Assembly: GCA_965213625.1 (NCBI GenBank)
Contig: CBDBZU010000004.1
Location: 3,072,001 to 3,136,000 of the forward strand
Reading direction: 5' to 3'
Length of the DNA: 64,000 nt
DNA from: a bacterium
GTDB lineage: Bacteria > UBA8248
Part shown: positions 31,893 through 41,974 of the stretch, one piece after another
How positions within the stretch are numbered: position 1 is the stretch's first letter
Layout: every line of letters begins with the position of its first letter
Translations under genes and position numbers: made by a program
Notes under the pieces: generated by a model
Database searches by the model: none
Told to the model about the DNA's origin: nothing
The model's input: only the letters and a program-made list of their open reading frames with translations

Positions 31893-31913
31893 CAAGACTT
31901 TTATTGGCAATTC

Positions 31914-32243
31914 TCACGCATCTGCTCGAATCGCTTCCTCACGCAATGGAGAATATATACCGATATATGTAATGGGTGTCGGCGCATCCAACTGATGCGG
32001 CACCCCCTTAGGTATGTGAACCACCTGACCCGCTTTGACCTTGCGCGTTTCACCGGCGACTGTAAATGTAGCTTCGCCTTTCATGAGATATATAAGCTGC
32101 TCCACATCATGAGTATGGTTCTGCTCCGTTCCGCCTTCTCTTTCGATATACAACATCATGACCTGTTCACCGACGACTAGTCTACGCTCCCTGCCCGGCA
32201 TCTTTTGGGGTTCGATATCCGCCAGATCATAGAAATACTGCAT
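31914..32243 (-). CDS. Cupin domain protein
   Basis: HTHDVEQ..Y...G...IPKGVPH...SPLRE; GGAGGAG RBS. Confidence 0.85.
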   Translation of the reverse strand: MQYFYDLADIEPQKMPGRERRLVVGEQVMMLYIEREGGTEQNHTHDVEQLIYLMKGEATFTVAGETRKVKAGQVVHIPKGVPHQLDAPTPITYIGIYSPLREEAIRADA

Positions 32244-32414
32244 CCGCCCACTCCTCCTTGGTTTTCGTCTCGAATTGATTTTCCGATTGTTGACTTTTAG
32301 AGACCCGAACGCAAGGTCATCGCAAGACCCTCCTTGCAATCACCCACTCATCATCCCTAGAATCCACACCTGCTGTCTCGAAACCTCCGCAGCTTACTTG
32401 AGGATAATTAATTT

Positions 32415-33827
32415 ATGCATTCTGATATCCGAGTTCGATTTGCTCCATCCAACACGGGCCACCTCCATATCGGCGGCGCACGCACTGCATTGTTCAATTG
32501 GTTTTTTGCGAAACATCACGCAGGCGCAGCTATTTTGAGAATCGAAGATACAGACCGCCAACGCTCTACGGAAGAATACTACGACGCAATCCTGGAGGCG
32601 TTCGATTGGCTGGGTCTCGAGTGGGACGAAGGCCCATATCGTCAATCCCAGCGAATGGATTTATACCGAGAAACTGCGAAGAAACTCATTTCTTCCGGCG
32701 CCGCCTATCGATGCACATGCACGCCAGAGGAAGTGAATGCCATGCGTGAACGAGCTCGTGCGGAGGGAAAAACACCTAAATATGACGGCACCTGTCGGGA
32801 CCGCTATGACAAAGACCCGGATGTCCCGTTTTGTCTGCGTCTCCGAGTTCCTGATACGAAAGAGACGACCGTCAAAGACCTCCTCGCCGGAGATGTCGTA
32901 TTCGACAATTCTCAATTGGACGACATGGTCATTGTTCGCACTGACGGAACGCCCACATACAATTTTTGCGTGGCAATCGATGACATCGACATGAAGATTA
33001 GCCACGTGGTGCGCGGCAACGACCACTTATCCAATACCCCTAAACAAATTCTTGTCTATCAAGCATTGAATGAAACGACGCCAAAATTCGCACACATCTC
33101 CATGATATTGGGGCCAGACAAGAAAAGATTATCAAAACGCCATGGCGCAGATTCGGTACTGGAATATAAAGATCGGGGCTTCCTTCCTGAAGCTTTGATC
33201 AACTACCTCGTTCGTCTCGGATGGAGCCATGGCGATCAGGAGATTTTTTCCAAAGAAGAAATTATCGCAAATTTCTCTTTGGAAAATTTGAACAGATCCG
33301 CCGCGATCTTCAATCCGGAAAAACTATTGTGGCTGAATCAGGAATACATCAAATCGGCTGATTCTGAATTTCTCGTCGAATCGCTCGATTCCGGACTTAC
33401 AGAACGGGGCCTATCACCAGATCTGCTAACACACAGAACACGCATGGGCATTGTGGATGAACTCAGAACGCGCTCGAGAACATTAACGGAAATGATAGAC
33501 GGCGCTCGTTTTTTCTTTGAAAAAGAAGTCGAGTTGGATGAGAAGGCGGCTTCTAAGTTCTTAAATGAAGATAGTTCGGCTTTAATTCTGAAATTGCGAG
33601 ATGAACTAAACAATATCGATAAGTTTTCAACTGAAAACGTCAAATCGGCATTTCATCACGTTATGGAAGAAGAGACCGTAAAGCTCGGCAAACTGGCGCA
33701 ACCGGTGCGTGTAGCCATTACGGGCGGAACTGTCAGTCCTGGTATTTTTGAAACGCTGAGCCTTCTCGGGAAAGACAGAACTATCCTTCGACTCAACACT
33801 GCATTGGCCAAAATCAATGAAAAGTGA
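32415..33827 (+). CDS. gltX: Glutamate--tRNA ligase
   Basis: RVRFAPSNTGHLHIGG, LRIEDTD, PTYNF, RGNDHLSNT, RLSKRHG, QPVRVAITG. Confidence 0.95.
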   Translation: MHSDIRVRFAPSNTGHLHIGGARTALFNWFFAKHHAGAAILRIEDTDRQRSTEEYYDAILEAFDWLGLEWDEGPYRQSQRMDLYRETAKKLISSGAAYRCTCTPEEVNAMRERARAEGKTPKYDGTCRDRYDKDPDVPFCLRLRVPDTKETTVKDLLAGDVVFDNSQLDDMVIVRTDGTPTYNFCVAIDDIDMKISHVVRGNDHLSNTPKQILVYQALNETTPKFAHISMILGPDKKRLSKRHGADSVLEYKDRGFLPEALINYLVRLGWSHGDQEIFSKEEIIANFSLENLNRSAAIFNPEKLLWLNQEYIKSADSEFLVESLDSGLTERGLSPDLLTHRTRMGIVDELRTRSRTLTEMIDGARFFFEKEVELDEKAASKFLNEDSSALILKLRDELNNIDKFSTENVKSAFHHVMEEETVKLGKLAQPVRVAITGGTVSPGIFETLSLLGKDRTILRLNTALAKINEK

Positions 33828-33841
33828 TTCCGGTATCGTCC

Positions 33842-33870
33842 TTGACGAATAAAGAACTCATACATATAAA
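33842..33870 (+). promoter_or_regulatory. Sigma70-type promoter of tRNA-Gln
   Basis: TTGACG-N17-TATAAA. Confidence 0.65.
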
Positions 33871-33884
33871 CATCTAGGTCTTTT

Positions 33885-33958
33885 TGGGGGATCGTCTAGC
33901 GGCAGGACACCAGACTCTGGATCTGGGTACGGAGGTTCGAATCCTCCTCCCCCAGCCA
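33885..33958 (+). tRNA. tRNA-Gln(CTG)
   Basis: Acceptor TGGGGGA/TCCCCCA-G-CCA, anticodon stem CCAGA/TCTGG with CTG, T arm GGAGG-TTCGAAT-CCTCC. Confidence 0.97.
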
Positions 33959-34034
33959 TTTCAAACTTATGAGTTTCACATCCAGCACACGGGAATTCGT
34001 AGTTTTCTCTAATTCTTTATACAGGGAGAGGACA

Positions 34035-34691
34035 ATGGCTTTAAGAATCAATGATGAAGCTCCGGATTTTTCTGCAGACACAACCCAAGGCCCCATCAAT
34101 TTTCATGAATGGATTGGCGAGGGTTGGGCCATCATGTTTTCACATCCAAAGGACTTTACACCAGTCTGCACCACAGAGCTCGGGACCATGGCTGGACTTA
34201 AATCCGAATTCGAAAAAAGAAACTGCCAAGTGATCGGCATCAGCGTCGATGGGGTTTCAGATCATGAAAAATGGTCCAAAGACATTGAAAGTTCTCAGGG
34301 CCATGCCGTGAATTATCCCTTGATTGGCGACCCAGGACTTGAAATAGTCAAAGCCTATGACATGCTACCGGCTGATTCGGGCGACTCATCCGAAGGCCGG
34401 ACAGCCGCTGATAATGCGACAGCCCGATCAGTGTTCGTTGTCGGCCCGGACAAGAAAATCAAAGCAACTCTCACATACCCAATGAGCACCGGTCGGAATT
34501 TTAGCGAAATACTAAGACTTTTGGACTCCTGCCAGCTGACGGCCAGCGAGCAAGTGGCAACCCCGGCGAACTGGCAACAGGGCGAAGACGTCATCATTTT
34601 GCCCGCCGTTTCCGATGAGGATGCGAAGAAGAAATATCCGGAAGGTTGGGAGTCGCCCCTGCCTTATATTCGAGTCGTCAAGCAACCATAG
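34035..34691 (+). CDS. 1-Cys peroxiredoxin (Prx6)
   Basis: FSHPKDFTPVCTTE, YPMSTGRNF, ATPANW. Confidence 0.93.
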   Translation: MALRINDEAPDFSADTTQGPINFHEWIGEGWAIMFSHPKDFTPVCTTELGTMAGLKSEFEKRNCQVIGISVDGVSDHEKWSKDIESSQGHAVNYPLIGDPGLEIVKAYDMLPADSGDSSEGRTAADNATARSVFVVGPDKKIKATLTYPMSTGRNFSEILRLLDSCQLTASEQVATPANWQQGEDVIILPAVSDEDAKKKYPEGWESPLPYIRVVKQP

Positions 34692-34769
34692 CTGCTCTCG
34701 TGTCCACCGCAGCAAGTAAATGAACAAGTGAATCGAATTCGCTGATTTTTCATTTAGCAGGGCAAAATA

Positions 34770-34803
34770 AAAGAGCCGCGGCCGATTCTGGCCGCGGCTC
34801 TTT
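34770..34803. terminator. Bidirectional intrinsic terminator
   Basis: aaagagccgcggcc-gattct-ggccgcggctcttt. Confidence 0.8.
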
Positions 34804-34823
34804 ATACTTTCTAATGAAAAGGC

Positions 34824-35819
34824 TTAGTTTTTCCACCCTTCAGCTTTGATGGCCTCTTTCACCATGCTCAAGTCCATGCCTTCCTTGCGAAGATCCACTG
34901 TTCGTTTCGCTTTACGTTTTTTCAGAAGAACCTTGCCCATGTGATCAAACCATTTGTAATCCGCCTCTGATGGGAGAAGGCCAAAAGTCAGATCGTTCAC
35001 AGAGGCTTTCACTATCTTAAGCTTGATTTTTGAGCCTTTTGATTGCAAGTGGCTCAGGTACACGCGCGCAAATTTATCGCGATTATCTCTGTGCAATTTC
35101 ATGCCACGAATGAATCCTCTCAAAAACTTAGTATATACATCTCTGTCTTTTGTGAGAGTTTTTCCATTGGCCATGATTATCCACAGGTTGTTTGCATATT
35201 TGCAAAAAGTTTCCACCGTGCGGGCATATCCCCTGTCGATGGCTATGGCAGCTTGCGGGTTGTTCAAAGCTATCATATCCACCGTCCGGGATTTAAGTGC
35301 CGCCATGCGGGTATCATTGTTCATGTTCACGGTCGTGAAGTCTTTCACGCTTAAACCATATTCCGGCAGAATGAAGGTTGTCAGCGTGAAATATGTACCA
35401 GTAGCTTTTCCTACGCCAAGTCTTTTACCCTTCAAGTCATGCAAGGTTTTAATAGGTGATTTCGGAGATGTGAGAATCTTGTTTGCCTTGCACCAATAAT
35501 TTGCATTTCCGATTCCAGGTGCATTCGCTTTCTTTGATATAGCCGAATAAAAGGCACGATCAGCGGCGCCGCCGACATCCAGTGAATTCGACAAAATCGC
35601 CTGGCGCATCAACTTCCCCTGAGCGAATTGTTTAATGGTGTATTTTCCCTTGCCGATAGTCTGATTATAATAGCCCATCTTGTGAGCAACGATGGTGACT
35701 GCTCCCATAACAGAGCGATGGTGGCCGATGCGGAACGGCGCCGCACTAGCAGCAAATGCACTCAACAGAACTCCCGCCACGGCCATAGCGACGACAAGAA
35801 ACATGCCTCTGCGATTCAT
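34824..35819 (-). CDS. ABC transporter substrate-binding protein (SsuA/THI5-like)
   Basis: Signal peptide, SPIKTLHDLKGKRLGV..AT, ALKSRTVD...P; AGGAGG RBS. Confidence 0.8.
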   Translation of the reverse strand: MNRRGMFLVVAMAVAGVLLSAFAASAAPFRIGHHRSVMGAVTIVAHKMGYYNQTIGKGKYTIKQFAQGKLMRQAILSNSLDVGGAADRAFYSAISKKANAPGIGNANYWCKANKILTSPKSPIKTLHDLKGKRLGVGKATGTYFTLTTFILPEYGLSVKDFTTVNMNNDTRMAALKSRTVDMIALNNPQAAIAIDRGYARTVETFCKYANNLWIIMANGKTLTKDRDVYTKFLRGFIRGMKLHRDNRDKFARVYLSHLQSKGSKIKLKIVKASVNDLTFGLLPSEADYKWFDHMGKVLLKKRKAKRTVDLRKEGMDLSMVKEAIKAEGWKN

Positions 35820-36033
35820 TACATAATCCTCCTTGAGATTCATGAGCCCGAAGGCATTTTCAGATGATAAAGCTGCAAACCCGCTATATGGGAACAAATC
35901 CCAAAACCAAAAATCTATATACTTTCGCTATTATCTGAGAACATTATCACACATCGAAATGCCTTTGCATCCCACTCCATGTGTTTGAAATTCGTCGAAC
36001 AATATCGGGTTTAAAAATTCACCCATACTCCCT

Positions 36034-37251
36034 TCAATCTGAGCCAACGGGTTCAGGTTCAGGGTGTCGATTTTGTAAGAACACTGCCAGGAAAACGCCC
36101 ACAAGCAAAACGATGGGGAGTGTCCAAAAAGCATTCAGCATCCCGATTCTCTCCCCAAGCAAAGAAAGGGGAATCGCCGTTAATCCAGCCAATATCCAGC
36201 CACCGCCGAGCATCAATGAGCTAGCGAATCCCCTATGTTCGGGTAGATACTCCTGGGCCAAGGCGACGGATACCCCCATCGGCACGAAAACTCCTGCACC
36301 AATGATTGCGAGTGAGATATACGCCCATTCCAAGGAAGTTACCTGGAAAGCCAACATACCGGCCAAAGCACATCCGATGCCAATGCTAATCACTTTGGGC
36401 TTCCCATACCGGTCGCCCATAATACCTCCGAGCATTACTCCGACAGCTCCAGAAAAAAAAATGACTGTGTTGGCCATACCGCCGCGCCATAGCCCCAAAC
36501 CTTTCTCGACAAATATTGTGGGTAAAAAACCTCCCAAATTCGCTAAAGTCGTCCCCCGTACAATAGCGATACCAAACAGGAGGAGTATGGGTCCACGGAC
36601 ATGTTTTAGCGATGCCAGCAATCCATTACGCTCGCTCGCTTCTTCATCTTTTTTCTTTTTCTGTGGTGGGGCTGGCATACCCAGTTTCACTCCCGCCATG
36701 ACGAGCACCGCCACGAGAATGAATACCCACAAATGTTCCATCCCCATCGTTTCCGCTATGAAGATGGCGATCAACGGGCCAATTGCAAAACCCAGTCTTC
36801 CTGCTGTAACGAACAGGCTGACGATAAAACCGGCATGTTCGGAACTGAGTCTGCCTGCTCGCGCGGCCATGTCCGGGTGACATAACCCGAAAAGGATACC
36901 CCCGATGATTACAGCGGCTGCCAAACCATAGACGCTCGTCACCCATCCTATCGCGGTAAAAGCAACGGAGCTCCCGATTAGACCTACGGCAAGCCAGGGT
37001 AACCAGGGCCACTTGTCGATAACTACACCGGTAATAGGTTGAGTGATAGAGCCACTCACAGCCTGACATGAGATTAAAAATCCGATTGTAGTGAGACTAA
37101 GCCCCAATTTATCTTTCAATAAAGGAACAAGAGCTGCAAAGAAATTCGCTTGGCTGTCGACAACAAAATGCGCAAGGAAAATGAGGCCTGTTCCTGTCCA
37201 AGGCAAAGTACGAAAGGATGGCTTTTTCGTATTTTGGGAATTTTTTTTCAT
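36034..37251 (-). CDS. MFS transporter (Fsr-like)
   Basis: AHFVVD, QPITG, CHP, G.LGFAIGP, AQEYLP. Confidence 0.85.
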   Translation of the reverse strand: MKKNSQNTKKPSFRTLPWTGTGLIFLAHFVVDSQANFFAALVPLLKDKLGLSLTTIGFLISCQAVSGSITQPITGVVIDKWPWLPWLAVGLIGSSVAFTAIGWVTSVYGLAAAVIIGGILFGLCHPDMAARAGRLSSEHAGFIVSLFVTAGRLGFAIGPLIAIFIAETMGMEHLWVFILVAVLVMAGVKLGMPAPPQKKKKDEEASERNGLLASLKHVRGPILLLFGIAIVRGTTLANLGGFLPTIFVEKGLGLWRGGMANTVIFFSGAVGVMLGGIMGDRYGKPKVISIGIGCALAGMLAFQVTSLEWAYISLAIIGAGVFVPMGVSVALAQEYLPEHRGFASSLMLGGGWILAGLTAIPLSLLGERIGMLNAFWTLPIVLLVGVFLAVFLQNRHPEPEPVGSD

Positions 37252-37253
37252 AT

Positions 37254-38252
37254 CTACCTTGGGGCCAGAGCCTTCAGCGTGCGCTCGACCGCTTTTTGAT
37301 AACTCTCATCCGCAAGCACGGGATCTATCATCAAAGCGGGCATATCCACTCCGGCCTCAAGAAAAGCGGCCAACCGCTCCCGGCACCTCTCCGGCGGGCC
37401 GACAAGACAAAACTCATCGATGATGGCATCGGTGATACCGTCTCTCAATGCTTTCTGGTTGCCTTGCTCGAAAGCTATTCTTATATTATTCGCCTCTTGT
37501 TCATAACCACTTTCCCGAATTGAATTGTTGTATGCCGGCAGTCCCAGCCAATATGTCAATGTTTGGCGAGCAGCTTCTCTCGCAATGGTGAGGTCGTCAC
37601 ATAAAAAAGTATGTATCCCAAGATCAATCTCTACATCACTAGGATTTCTATCCGCTCGTTTCGCGCCCCTGTCTCTCGCTTCCAAATAGGCTCCCATTCT
37701 CGATAGCGGAACCATATAAGGCAACAATCCATCGGCAATTTCTCCGCCAAGCTCTGTCATCTTGGGCCCGACGGCAGCTATGTAAATTCGGACCGGATAG
37801 TTTGAGCGCCTGAATTTCAACTCCTCGCCCTGATAAGTCTGAACAGGCAGAGGATATACAGGCTCACCCTCCAATACACCCTTAACCTCACTCACATATT
37901 TGCGCATATCTTCTAAAGGATTTCCAGGTTCGATTCCCATCGCTCTTATACGGGGCGGGTGCCCAAGTCCGAGACCTAGGATATAGCGGCCGCCAGAAAT
38001 TTCGTTAATCGCCACCGCGCCTTGAGCCGCCATGGAGGCATGGCGCAGATAAATGATAGCTACCGAACTTCCAATCTCAATTTTGGATGTATATGTCGCC
38101 ATCAACTGGTTGATGGCCAAGGTATCCGTCAAAGATTCTGTCGTATAAACACGATCATACCCTAACTCCTCACCTAGTCTGGAAACCTCTCCCAATCCCT
38201 CGAAAGAAATGTCCGCAAACGTGAGAAGCCAAAAACCAAGGCGATGCGTCAT
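37254..38252 (-). CDS. LLM-class flavin/F420-dependent oxidoreductase
   Basis: ISGGRYILGLGLG, IYIAAVGPKM.ELGGEIADG, VGPPE.C. Confidence 0.88.
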   Translation of the reverse strand: MTHRLGFWLLTFADISFEGLGEVSRLGEELGYDRVYTTESLTDTLAINQLMATYTSKIEIGSSVAIIYLRHASMAAQGAVAINEISGGRYILGLGLGHPPRIRAMGIEPGNPLEDMRKYVSEVKGVLEGEPVYPLPVQTYQGEELKFRRSNYPVRIYIAAVGPKMTELGGEIADGLLPYMVPLSRMGAYLEARDRGAKRADRNPSDVEIDLGIHTFLCDDLTIAREAARQTLTYWLGLPAYNNSIRESGYEQEANNIRIAFEQGNQKALRDGITDAIIDEFCLVGPPERCRERLAAFLEAGVDMPALMIDPVLADESYQKAVERTLKALAPR

Positions 38253-38289
38253 ATCAAACCTTTCAATAAATCCATATCTTTGAACATAT

Positions 38290-39051
38290 TCATTGGCACA
38301 ATCGACCACCATCAATCAGTATGACTGTCCCATTCATATATGATGCTTCATCAGAAGCCATGAATACAGCGCAATCGGCGATTTCTTCCGGAGTTGCAAA
38401 TCGTCCCAACGGTACATTACTCATCAGTTTCTCTCGTCTGTCTGCTTGCGTTTCCACGCGATGCTTCGTCCCCTCACTCAAAGTCGTTCCCGGAGCAATG
38501 GCATTTACCCGAATCCCTTTGGGTCCGAGTTCGGCGGCATGCGCCTTCGTCATTAGGTGCATGGCCCCTTTCGTCGCGCAGTAGAGGGAATTATTGGGTA
38601 CTCCCGCCTCTCCGGATGTCGAGCCAATGTTGATAATCTGACCCTCTGTCCTGGGGATCATGTGTTTGGCCGCCAAACCACTCAGAATAAACGAGGCCAT
38701 CGCATTGACCTGAAAGAGTGCAACTACTTCTTCATGCGTGACTTCTTCCACGGGCTTGTTGCATCGGACCCCGGCGCAGTTAACCAAAATATCAATATGA
38801 CCCAGATGCTTCAGGGCGCGCGCCATCAGAGGAGCCGCGTTCGCCAAGTTCGATAAGTCAATCCCCTCCCCGGCCGCCAATATTCCTTGGGCCTTGCAAT
38901 ACGCGAGGGTCGATTCCAAAGCAGTTTGGTTTCTACCACCCGCCAAATATAGTGAACATCCCTCCTCGGCATATCGTCTTGCAATCGCAGAACCTATTCC
39001 CACCGAAGCTCCAGTGACAAATGCCGTCTTACCCTCTAGCCGCAATCGCAT
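38290..39051 (-). CDS. SDR oxidoreductase
   Basis: TGASVGIG, ILVNCAG, YCATK, VNAIAPG. Confidence 0.92.
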   Translation of the reverse strand: MRLRLEGKTAFVTGASVGIGSAIARRYAEEGCSLYLAGGRNQTALESTLAYCKAQGILAAGEGIDLSNLANAAPLMARALKHLGHIDILVNCAGVRCNKPVEEVTHEEVVALFQVNAMASFILSGLAAKHMIPRTEGQIINIGSTSGEAGVPNNSLYCATKGAMHLMTKAHAAELGPKGIRVNAIAPGTTLSEGTKHRVETQADRREKLMSNVPLGRFATPEEIADCAVFMASDEASYMNGTVILIDGGRLCQ

Positions 39052-39065
39052 ATCAAGTGACCCCT

Positions 39066-39614
39066 CTACTTGAGCGGAGGTTCTTCTCCTTCCGGAACCT
39101 GAAGGTCAAAAGCGTTGAGCGTCATCGAGACGGTCGTGTAATGTCCGATGAGACCGATTAAATCCACCAGCCCACGCTCTCCGAAATGCTCAAACGCATT
39201 CTGATAAACATCATCGCTCACGAAGTGATTTTCATGAAGTGCAATGCAAAAATCATAGATCGCTTCCTCATCTGCGGCCATATCCGCAGGTCGCCTGTTC
39301 TCCTGAACCGCCTTGATGATCGCGGGGGATAACCCTCCCTTTCTGGCCAAAGGCTCATGCGCGTACCATTCATATTGAGAGTTCCAGAAGCGGGCGGTTA
39401 TCAAGATCGCAAACTCACTCAGCCTGGGCTCAAAGAGGGTGTCATAACGCAGGTATCGCCCAGTTGCTTCCAGTTTCTCCAGATAAGCCGGGCTTTTTAG
39501 CCATGCCAGAAACGGGCCACGCACGCCTCCCCTCGGGCCGGAGGCGATTTTTTCATATAGCATTCTTTGCGGTTCCGTCATCTTTTCTTTCGGGATTTCG
39601 AGCAAACGAGTCAT
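39066..39614 (-). CDS. CMD/AhpD-like protein (GPRG..RGPF subtype)
   Basis: GPRGGVRGPF.AWL.SP, EFAILITAR.W...YEW.AH, G.Y..VSMTLN. Confidence 0.85.
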   Translation of the reverse strand: MTRLLEIPKEKMTEPQRMLYEKIASGPRGGVRGPFLAWLKSPAYLEKLEATGRYLRYDTLFEPRLSEFAILITARFWNSQYEWYAHEPLARKGGLSPAIIKAVQENRRPADMAADEEAIYDFCIALHENHFVSDDVYQNAFEHFGERGLVDLIGLIGHYTTVSMTLNAFDLQVPEGEEPPLK

Positions 39615-39830
39615 CGGTGTTAATCCTCCTATCGGTTTCAGGTGTACACGATCAGCGGAATACATCTGCTACATAAGAATTTGACAGGTTGCAAGGCGTT
39701 GCTTTGTTTGATAAGCAATTATTAAGGCTGCGGCCGGCGCGGCCAACTTGAATTTCTGGAAATGTACTTGGAGTGAGAGCCCCCACCTGTTTCATCTCTA
39801 CCCATTTCCAAACATGCAGGAGATCAGCAA

Positions 39831-40046
39831 GTGCCAGAAGGAACAGTGAAGTGGTTCAATGACGCGAAGGGCTATGGATTCATTTCGCAGACGGATGGTG
39901 ACGACGTTTTCGTTCACTTCTCCGCCATCCAGGGAGAGGGATTCAAAACCCTGGAGGAAGGACAAAACGTGAACTTCGAAATTGTCCAAGGCCCGAAAGG
40001 GCTTCAGGCGGCAAACGTCACAAAAGGGGGTGACTCCGAAGAATAA
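39831..40046 (+). CDS. cspA: Cold-shock protein
   Basis: [34 protein letters not shown]. Confidence 0.95.
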   Translation: MPEGTVKWFNDAKGYGFISQTDGDDVFVHFSAIQGEGFKTLEEGQNVNFEIVQGPKGLQAANVTKGGDSEE

Positions 40047-40066
40047 CCCTCATTCAGATAGAACCC

Positions 40067-40099
40067 AAAACGGCGGCTCTCACGGGCCGTCGTTTTTTT
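40067..40099 (+). terminator. Intrinsic terminator after csp
   Basis: aaaacggcggctc-tcac-gggccgtcgttttttt. Confidence 0.75.
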
Positions 40100-40203
40100 G
40101 TCTGCCGCTATACCCTTCTCCTGCTTGCGGGGAGGTTGAGCCTCCATGTTATAACCCGGGCGGTAGGACCATCCATTGAACAGATAGAGCAGAAAGGCAT
40201 CTC

Positions 40204-41307
40204 ATGCGCGACGTTATTATCATCGGTGGCGGCATCATGGGTCTCCTGACGGCGAGGGAACTCTACAAAGCGGGCAGGAGCGTCACCATCATCGAAAAAG
40301 GCCGGCCCGGAGCGGGCACTACCTGGGCTTCCGCAGGTATCATCTCCGCCCATGGGACGAGCGGTTCCGCCGATATCGCCGGTCTTCCGGGCCTCAGACT
40401 CCGGGCCGCCTCCGATGAGGATTGGGCCCATCTTGCGGAAGCCATCGCCGAGGAAAGCGGAACGGACATCGAATACCGCCTCAACGGCGTTTTGCTCATC
40501 GCCCTGGATGAGGAGGAGGCGGATTCCATCCAGGAAAAAGCCCGCGCGCGCGAGTGGGGCGACACGGAGTGGATGCCGCCCGATGTGCTGAGGCGCGAAG
40601 AGCCCTGCCTATCGGATGAGTTGTCGGGAGCGCTGCTCGTCACGGGCGGGAACCTCGAAGTCAGAAAGCTGGGGCCCGCGCTCGAGATCGCCTGCAGGCG
40701 GCTGGGTGTGGAAATCATCACCGGCTGCGCGGTGGAGGAAATCCTGAGCGATGACGAGAGAGTCACCGGGGTCCGTACCGACGCGGGAGTCCATGAGGCG
40801 CCCGCCGTCTTCATCTGCGCGGGCATCGGCAGCCGCAGCGTGCCCGGCGCCGTCCCGAGGCCGCCCATCACCCCCCAGCGCGGTCAGATGCTCGCCTTGG
40901 ACGCCCGCGCGCTGGGCTTGAAGCGCGTCGTGCTGACCGTGAACGACCCCTACCTCGTGCCCCGCGCAGATGGCCGCGTTATTCTGGGCGCGACGAGAGA
41001 GTTCGCCGGCGAGGACCCCAGGCTCACCGTGGGCGGCCTCACCTGGCTGCTGAGCGAGGGGACCCGCATCGCGCCCGGAATCGCCGCCTGCGCCATCGAG
41101 GAGACCTGGAGCGGCTTCCGGCCCACCTCGTCGGACTATCTCCCCCTCATCGGCCAGGGTGCGCTCGAGGGCCTCTACTTCTGCACCGGGCACGGGCCGT
41201 CCGGCATCGGGCCTGCACCCGCGAGCGTGAGGCTGGCGACGGCGCTCTATCTGGGCGACGCCCCCCCGCTCGACCCGGCGCCCTACGACCCGATGCGCTT
41301 CGCGTAG
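40204..41307 (+). CDS. FAD-dependent oxidoreductase, glycine oxidase ThiO/DAO family
   Basis: IIGGGIMG, WASAG, RGQ, YLVPR.DG, WSGFRP...D.LP.IG. Confidence 0.85.
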   Translation: MRDVIIIGGGIMGLLTARELYKAGRSVTIIEKGRPGAGTTWASAGIISAHGTSGSADIAGLPGLRLRAASDEDWAHLAEAIAEESGTDIEYRLNGVLLIALDEEEADSIQEKARAREWGDTEWMPPDVLRREEPCLSDELSGALLVTGGNLEVRKLGPALEIACRRLGVEIITGCAVEEILSDDERVTGVRTDAGVHEAPAVFICAGIGSRSVPGAVPRPPITPQRGQMLALDARALGLKRVVLTVNDPYLVPRADGRVILGATREFAGEDPRLTVGGLTWLLSEGTRIAPGIAACAIEETWSGFRPTSSDYLPLIGQGALEGLYFCTGHGPSGIGPAPASVRLATALYLGDAPPLDPAPYDPMRFA

Positions 41308-41309
41308 CA

Positions 41310-41888
41310 AATGCGGGGAAATGCGGGGTTCCGAAAAAGTTTTTAAATTCGATAAATTTCGATAATTATCTAATGTGATACTTTAATATATTCTGGCATT
41401 TCATTATATTTAATGAGTATTTATGGTTAGTTCGATCCATAAACATTTTCATGAATTTATCGATATTTATCGTATTCTTCAGTAAATCGAATATCAGGGA
41501 TATCGCCGAGATTGCGGCGTGTTTCACCACTCCGGTGTCTCCGGCCATATCAAACTCCATGAGCGTATCCATATATCCACTCCATATTTCTTGAAGCGCC
41601 CCTACGCGTTCATCCATCCGCTTCCATTCAACGAAACGGCAGCGAGATATGCAATCATTTTCCACGTTCACCCTCATGAAAACGGCTGCGAAAGACCTGA
41701 TTGTCTGCCGTCCCTGCCCGTATGAAACGGCTGCGAGAGACCTGATTGTCTGCCGACTCTGCCCTTATGAAACGGCTGCGAGAGAGTCGGCGCCTCCACC
41801 GGGTTCGCCCCTATGAAACCCTTCTCCTGGGGGATTCTGGCGCATACGGAAGATGACGCGATAACGGGAATTTCGGGGAAATGCGGGG
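41310..41888 (-). repeat. Uncharacterised dispersed element (right copy) with AT-rich core and internal 45-46 bp tandem repeats
   Basis: Bounded by direct GGGGAAATGCGGGG copies; shares the 21-bp and 55-bp blocks with 6767-6959; ATGAAA at 41676, 41722, 41767, 41813. Confidence 0.6.
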
Positions 41889-41905
41889 TCAAACGCCAGT
41901 GAGGA

Positions 41906-41974
41906 GGGGTTGTTGGGGGGCTCTGCAAGGGGAGAATGGTTTGGCGCGATCCGTAAGGGCTTTTTCAACAGCCC
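41906..41974. mobile_element. ~70-bp mini-MITE; inverted copy at 49530-49595
   Basis: ggggttgttg...ggggagaatggtttggcgcgatccgtaagggctttttcaacagccc. Confidence 0.7.

Noticed and set aside
33885-39900. tRNA-anchored genomic island
   Set aside because: No integrase and no duplicated tRNA 3' end seen; composition is the same on both sides of the tRNA.
41676-41819. CRISPR array (units with ATGAAAC)
   Set aside because: Period of only 45-46 bp, the first two spacers nearly identical, no cas genes.
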